DNA of 64,000 nucleotides from Minutocellus sp. GHC0000111 (lineage: Eukaryota): contig OZ361259.1 in assembly GCA_977018835.1 (NCBI GenBank), positions 1,984,001 through 2,048,000 of the forward strand, read 5' to 3'. Position numbers and translations under genes: made by a program. A model generated the notes under the pieces. It was not told the DNA's origin. It saw only the letters and a list, made by a program, of their open reading frames with translations, and made no database searches. Below, piece after piece: positions 57,514 to 64,000 of the stretch (position 1 is the stretch's first letter; the number at the start of each line of letters is the position of its first letter).

Positions 57514-58833
57514 ATGTGGCACAGCAAGTCGACCTCCGCATCCTCCCACCGCCGATGCCTCGTCATCATGTGTTTGGCATCGGCATCCACCACCCTGTTG
57601 TGTCGGCCAGTTGCCGCCTTTGGGCTTTCCAGCATCGGCAGACAAACTCTTGGCGTATCTTCTTTTAATGGCGCTGGTCTCAATCGCCCAAAGGCGTCAG
57701 TATCTTCTGGCGTGGTATTGAACAGCAGCAACAGAGGCGACATGAGATCGAGAAGGACGGCGTCACTCCTTTTTGCGACTTCGACGGACGATATGGATAT
57801 TGGTGTATTTGACCCATTCAATGCAAACGTTGTGGATGGTTGGAATGAGTTGAGTGACAGAGATCAAGTGGTGATTACTGCCCCCAAATCTTTGGATCTT
57901 GATAGCAATGACAACAGTGGTGGTCTCGCAGCTCCACTGGCCGCTCTTTCGGTTGTCAACATGGCCGTGGCGGAACGAGCCTCGGCAGCCGAGAGCGTCG
58001 TATCGCAGGGCATGTACAATCCCGACTCTTTCAAGCCAGTGTGTTCGGCCTCCGATGGCTTCTACCGCTTCCTGCAGGGTGCCACCAGGGCCGTCGTGGG
58101 CGACGAAAGCTTCGTCGAGTATGGTCCGCTCATTGCCGGTGGTCTCCTCCGTGTTCGGTTGGAGCTTTGCGTCGTCGAAAGCTTCTTCAACGAGGCGGTC
58201 GGTCCCTTTATCAAGCAGAATGGTATTAGCTGGATCCTGCCCCTGCATGAGACCATCGAAACTTTTATTGCGGGAACCATCTTTGCCTTGGCCACAACCT
58301 TTATTATGGTTGGTTCGACGAAGCTGATATCAGTCATTGCATTGTATGGGGATGTCTTCATCGGTGGTCCCTGCCGATTGTTTGGCGGTTTCTTCTTTGA
58401 TCGGGCTCTTGGTAAGCCGGTGACGCTCGATGTTGGCATCGGTCCCTGGAAGAAGCGCCTCGTCGGTCCTCCGGATGCTCCCTCGTCCAATGAAGAAGGA
58501 AGTGCTGGTGGCGGTGATCTAAGCGGACTGGAGAATCTCAGCCCTACGCAAATTCCCGTCGTTGCCGTTAGCGGCGTGGTCAAGTACCTCGGCGAGGGTT
58601 CCAAGGTGAGTTATATGAAAATGGTGTTGTAGTAGAGAGCAATATATTTGTGCGAAGGGCGCTCACTAAGTATTGTTTGTTTGCCATTCATAAAAAATAT
58701 TTATTCATAGATTCTTCGAGAAGGAATCGAGGCGTTGGATCTCTTTGTAGGAAGATACCTGGTTGTGCTGGCGACGGGATACATCCTGGTCAAGTTTGTT
58801 CATTTCAAGGTCTTTCCCGACTTTCCGTTTTAA
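57514..58833 (+). CDS. Plastid-targeted multi-pass membrane protein, unknown function; join(57514..58605,58711..58833)
   Basis: Signal ending VAA-FG, Ser/Arg-rich transit peptide, several TM segments; exon 2 gives ILREGIEALDLFVGRYLVVLATGYILVKFVHFKVFPDFPF*. Confidence 0.75.
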
Positions 58834-59439
58834 GGGATTCTCTACAGATCCATTGATGATACACCGGTAGCTCTGTCAGCAAGGATGTGCCTACACATGT
58901 ACTTTTTGATGTTTGATGGTGAGAAACGATCAGCGAGCAACGCTAGCTACATAGCTACGCACTAACAGACGAACCTAATAAATAACTATGTATCGTACAG
59001 TAAAATGCAAGTTGGAAAGGACAGGTCTAGATCTTCAAACAATGTTCAGGAAGAAGGTACAATGTATCCAATCAGAAGGAAGGTTGATTGACGCTCCGAC
59101 CGAAGCAAGCATCCTTCCTGTCTCTCCTACCGGTAATCGAGCATAATCTTCTAAAACCTTCCAAGAAAATAATTATTTCAAACTGAATATTTCAAACATT
59201 TCAAACTGCCAGCCAGAGGCTTGAACACCAGCAGAGGCAGAGCCTCACTTCTCGAACAGAGGTGGAGGGGTTCGAGAGGGGGTGAGGTGGCTTGCTTCTG
59301 TCTGCATACCCCGGGTCGCTTCGCGCCAAAAAGTTTCGTTGGAGAGCCTTGCCGGCTGTGCGAGTTTTTTGGCAGAAATTCAAACGAGGCGATCGAGCGA
59401 GAGGACCAAAACCAACACAACGCCAAGCAAAAAGCAACC

Positions 59440-62400
59440 ATGAGGATGAGGTGTCGCCATGCCCTCGCCCTCCTGGTGGCGGCATCCTCGGTAGGATGCT
59501 GCCTCGCCCGACCCCCTCCGCCTCCATCGACGGGTGTTACGTCGGCACCGCCGCGAACGAATCAGCAGCCATCACAATCGGCACAACAACCGAGACGACG
59601 GAGGAGGCCGTCATCGTCGGTGGCCGGTACCAATGCTTCCACCTCACCGTCGTCCCGGACGAGGGCAGCGGCAGCGGCCGCAGCGGCGGCGGCAACCCGA
59701 ACCAAGAGGAGGGATCCCGCCGTGTCGTCTCCCATGGCGGCGGCCGAGAGCTACCAGCAGATCCAGCCGGAGGTTGGTAATGGTGGTGGTGACGACGACG
59801 CGGTCCTGCTCGACCTCGACGAGCTGGCCGAGAACAGTCAGTTTGAAACCGAGCAGTACGCCGTGAGCAGCGGGATGGCCGGCATGTTCGGACGGGGCGG
59901 CGCCGACAGCGACGGCGCCATGGACGACTACGACGCCGAGTACGGCCAGGGCAGCGAGAAGGGCGCTCTGTACGATGCCTACAACATGCTCCATTCGTTG
60001 GCGCAGGTACGTTGTCAGTTCGGTTCCTGTTTTGTTTCGTGCCTGTTGCAAGCTGTCAGTTGTGCCCATGTGCCTGGCATACAATAAGCTTTCACATCAA
60101 ATGGAACAGCATTGTTTGAACATGCAATTGCATGTGTGTGTATCTTTCATCTGATATCTGGACATCATCTCATATTCAACGATCGTATCTTCATTCATTT
60201 GCCCCAATCCAAACAGGACTTCGAAAAGCCCTTCGACGCACCTGCTGTCGTCGTGGTCGGTCATCAGTCCAGCGGCAAGTCGGCCCTCATCGAGGCCCTC
60301 ATGGGCTTCCAGTTCAATCAGGTCGGCGGCGGCACCAAGACCCGCCGTCCCGTCGCCCTCAGGATGCAGTACAATCCCCGCTGCTCGACGCCCAAGTGCT
60401 TCCTCCAGGGCGACGATGGCATCGAGCGGCCCAAGACGCTGCAGGAGATCCAGGAGTACATCGAGGCCGAGAACGACCGCCTCGAGCGCGACCCCGTCCG
60501 CTCCTTCGATGCCCGCGAGATCAACGTCCGGATGGAGTACAAGTACTGTCCCAACATGATCCTCATCGACACTCCCGGCCTCATCGCTGCGCCCAAGGTC
60601 CCCCGCGGTCGCAATGCCGGCCAGGCCAACGCCCAGCAGCGGGCCCTGTCGGCCTCGGCCCGGGAGGCCGAGCGCCTCGTCGTGTCCAAGATGCGCTGCC
60701 CCGACTACATCATCCTGTGCGTCGAGGATACCATGGACTGGAAGCACGGCTCCACCCGCGAGGTCGTGCAGAAAGCCGATCCCGACCTGTCCCGCACCGT
60801 CATCGTCAACACCAAGCTCGATACCAAGATCCCCCAGTTCGGATCGGCGGCCGACCTCATGGACTACCTCCGGGCCGAGATCGTGGACCGGATCAGCCCC
60901 CACAAGCTGGGCGGGCCGTTCTTCTCCTCCGTCCCCAGTGGCCGTGTCGGACGGCAGGGTGGATACGACGAGGAGGGTCAGTTCATGTTCGACAACGACG
61001 ATGACTTCGTCGCCGCCTGCGCCGACAGCGAGGACAACGACCGTGCCATCATCGCCCAGCGCCTCAAGGCCATCAAGCCCCAGTCCGATCGCGATGGCAG
61101 GCCCCGGAACAACCCCGCCCTCACGGCCGCCAGGGCCTTCCTCCCCCGCGTCGGCCTGGGCCGTCTCCGTGGCTTCCTGGAACGTCGCGTCGATGAGTGC
61201 TACCGCCGCAATGTGGCCAAGATCGTACCTCTGCTCCAGGCCGAGCACGCCTCCGTGGAGAGACGGCTTCAGGCGGTGGAGACCGAGCTCGATGCCCTGT
61301 CCGTGGAGCGTCTCAAGGCGGGTGCCGATGCCTTCTGCGACGAGTTCTGCTCTGCCCTCAAGGATGCCATCCAGGGCTCTGTGACGGCTCCCTCGCATAT
61401 GTTCGGTGAAACGCTTGAGCAGGAGGTTGGTTCCGTCGGATCCTTTAGTGGTACGTTAGTTCTGCGCAAGAGTACTTGTATTTTTCTGGTACATTTCTGC
61501 TTCATTCTTACCCACTCACGCTCTTCAATCCATACCTCTCTGCTTCTCACTGTAGACATTTCGGGTTGCCCCATGGCTGTGACGCAACGGACTTGGGAAC
61601 GACTCCTTGTTGATGAAGTTGGCAACAAGGACCATCGGTTGTACGGTGGTTCGCAGTATCACCGAGCCATTCGGGAATTCAATCTGGCCTCTCGATGCCT
61701 CCGTCTTCCCACCATCACGGAGGATGAGATCGCCAACGCTGCCGGTGTCGGTGATACGCATGACGGTGTTAACTTCCTCCGTGCGTCGTGCGTGATCGCA
61801 CTTGAGAAGGCTCGAGTCTCCTTCGACCCCTTGCTCGAAGCTCTGCGCTTGCGCATGTGTCACGTGATGGAGCGGCTGTACCCGGCGAGCGAGTATATGC
61901 TCCGTCAGAGGAATGAGCGCAAGGCGGCGTCCTATGCCTATATGAAGGAGAGCCCGTCCGATGATCGGGCCGGCAAGGCCTTCGACGTTACTCAGAACAA
62001 TGAGTTCCGTCAACTTGTTCGCACCATTTTCGAGCGATTCATTGAGCAGTGCTCCGAGTCGACGATGCGTCGGTGCCACGACGATTTGACCGCCTTGACT
62101 CGGTTTGTCACTTGGGATCTGCACGAGAGGAGCAGTGGGGCGCTTCGCAGATCTCTGCCTGACCAGACCGATATTGTGTCCGTGTACCAGGTGGCAGTCA
62201 AGGCCGCCAAGAAGGGATCGGAGCCAGAAAAGCTGCAGCAAAGGGCACCGGCCAACAGCAAGGGAGGAGGCAGGAACAACCAGCGACAGCAGAATGCCGC
62301 TGCGCCCGGTGGTGGTAGTCTCGTTCGACCGTCCTCCTCCGTTCTCACCCCCATCAACGATAACGACGAGACCCAGGAACGAGACTACTGCAATTTGCTG

Positions 62401-62931
62401 CAGCTCATGGAGGAGGCTGCATGCTCCCGCGACGCTAACCGAACAAATTTGGTCGTCGGAGGGCTGGTACAGCACATCGTTGCACAATGGCGTGAGACCT
62501 TTGGAAGGAGCATCACCACCAAGTTCAACTGGTACGTACTGGAACTAACTAGGTCGTTGATTGTTTGAATGGGATGCGGTATTGGCTCGAATACGTCTAG
62601 ATTGAAGCAATGGCTTTCCTTCACACATGTCACCTCATCTCATCTTTCGTCCCCTCCCCTCCCCTCCCTTAGCTTCTTCCTCCTGCCATTTGTGGACGAG
62701 TTCCACCGCTATCTGCGAACGGAGTTGCAAAAGGTCTACGATGGAGATGGTAGTGCTCTGGCGCAGGTGTTTGATCTGACGACGGCACGAAGAGCTCTCC
62801 AACAACAGCGACAGGAGTTGCTGAACGAGAGCGCCGCAAATAAGCGGCTGCAGGCCAAGTTCGATGAGGTCTCTCGTTTGATGAAGAACGAGCAAGACAG
62901 GGCGCAGATTGAGATAGCTCGAAGCCGATAG
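59440..62931 (+). CDS. ARC5: Plastid-division dynamin ARC5/DRP5B; join(59440..60006,60217..61450,61556..62531,62673..62931)
   Basis: LYDAYNMLHSLAQ|DFEKPFDAPAVVVVGHQSSGKSALIEALMGFQFNQVGGGTKTRRP, EYKYCPNMILIDTPG, TKLD, RLYGGSQYHRA, TTKFNC|FFLLPF; three GT-AG introns. Confidence 0.95.
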
Positions 62932-63173
62932 GCAAGCGCGCCACAAGAAATTGCTACAGAGCAAGCAGGATGCGCTTGGGGCGAGGGCAAGGGAGTAGTC
63001 ACAATATTTGTCGAAGCCACGAAAAGCGCGTACTGTACGCGATGATAAAGATTTAGGAGCCTCTCCTGGACAATGAGAAAATTCTGCTTTTGGGCACGCA
63101 GCATGGATCTTGTTGATGGTAGCTTCTAGTCTAAAAAAACCTGTATAGGTCTACGTTAACCATATTATGTAAC

Positions 63174-64000
63174 TCATTTATCATCATTTTCAGATGGCCC
63201 CTCTAATAATATCTCGCTCTCCCTCAATCCTCCGTTGACGCCTTGAGCCGCCATCTTTTCTCGGTACGAAATTTTCGCAGGCAAGGCAAATTTCATTCCG
63301 TTCTTCTTGACCACGCCAGCGATTGCGATCATCACTCTTTCCTGATTGTCAAAAAAGGCTTGAGTCATTGGAGGGATATCGTGATGCGTATCAACAACAA
63401 CCGAAACGTGATCATCGGCCATCGATCTCCAATGAACTCGAAAGGGCCGGGAACCATCGAGCACCAACTTCGGACAAGCCGCCTTCACTTCTTCCTTCAT
63501 GTCATCCACGAGCTGCGGTATCTTGTCAATATCCTCATAATGCAATCGGACCTTTTGTTTTACTTGAGATCTCTTGGCTCTGGAAACATTTGATATTCGT
63601 TTACTTGCAATCTCTGAGTTGGGTATTCGCACGTGAATGTTATCCGTGCAAGCCAGCGTTGTATCAAGCCATCCAATAGAAATCACTCTCCCCACGGTGC
63701 CATTAGCCAACTTGATTTTGTCTCCCGGTCGAAAGCGATCGAGTAACAGCAGGCTGGTTCCCTCAATTATCTGAGTCGCCGGATCCCGCAACGACAAACC
63801 GATGATGAGACTTGACAACCCGGCAACAGAGAGCAACGATTTCACAACAACACCAACCTTGACGTTGCACAAATCCATAACAATAATTGACGTCAAGAGA
63901 AAGATAATTATGTCGAGCACTCTTGAGAAGAGTACACCGGTAATAGGAAGAGATGGCAACACTTTGCTCCCATGCTTGGGAAATGATGGATGCGTCTGAA
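63174..64000 (-). CDS. MscS-family mechanosensitive channel, 5' part beyond the window
   Basis: AGLSSLIIGLSLRD, RFRPGDKI, GRVISIGWLDT, VRIPNSEIASKRISNVSR, GMKFALP. Confidence 0.9.
   Translation of the reverse strand, partial: QTHPSFPKHGSKVLPSLPITGVLFSRVLDIIIFLLTSIIVMDLCNVKVGVVVKSLLSVAGLSSLIIGLSLRDPATQIIEGTSLLLLDRFRPGDKIKLANGTVGRVISIGWLDTTLACTDNIHVRIPNSEIASKRISNVSRAKRSQVKQKVRLHYEDIDKIPQLVDDMKEEVKAACPKLVLDGSRPFRVHWRSMADDHVSVVVDTHHDIPPMTQAFFDNQERVMIAIAGVVKKNGMKFALPAKISYREKMAAQGVNGGLRESEILLEGPSENDDK

Noticed and set aside
60097..62487. Long antisense and alternative-frame ORFs over ARC5 (also over VPS53 and PRMT10)
   Set aside because: Expected shadows of GC3-rich coding sequence with no protein motifs

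Overview
Gene-dense eukaryotic nuclear DNA, almost certainly from a diatom (short GT-AG introns, signal peptide + ASAFAP plastid presequences, RRL pro-peptide motif, diatom-type SET/aminopropyltransferase/AdoMetDC fusion); the species cannot be determined here. About 30 protein genes: GNL3/NUG1 (x2), PPCS (one full, one truncated), secreted chitin-binding protein, TLDc protein, SLBP (core exon missing from the ORF track), SNU13, LPA1-like, degenerate capping-enzyme homolog, Mpv17/PMP22, sugar porter, CCDC25, sulfotransferase, HAT/TPR protein, MOV10/SDE3-like helicase, PRMT10, VPS53, TPR-methyltransferase, nicastrin, polyamine fusion enzyme, alpha-SNAP-like, DDX56, TPK channel, plastid TPI, ARC5/DRP5B, MscS and several unknowns. 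No rRNA, tRNA, CRISPR or intact transposon was recognised. Main observations: (1) an apparently exact 3087-bp tandem duplication with a 2-bp microhomology junction; (2) many, often nested, TA-bounded micro-palindromes that resemble Tc1/mariner excision footprints, one of which breaks the SNAP frame; (3) 11 frame-breaking lesions in 8 genes (assembly error versus a decaying haplotype); (4) a chitin-binding protein whose silaffin-like KxxK tail lies in the +1 frame behind a TCG-AGT-TGA-T site; (5) a capping-enzyme homolog with both active sites degenerate; (6) a TPK channel with one NaK-like TIGDG filter. All family calls come from motif recognition by eye, not database searches.
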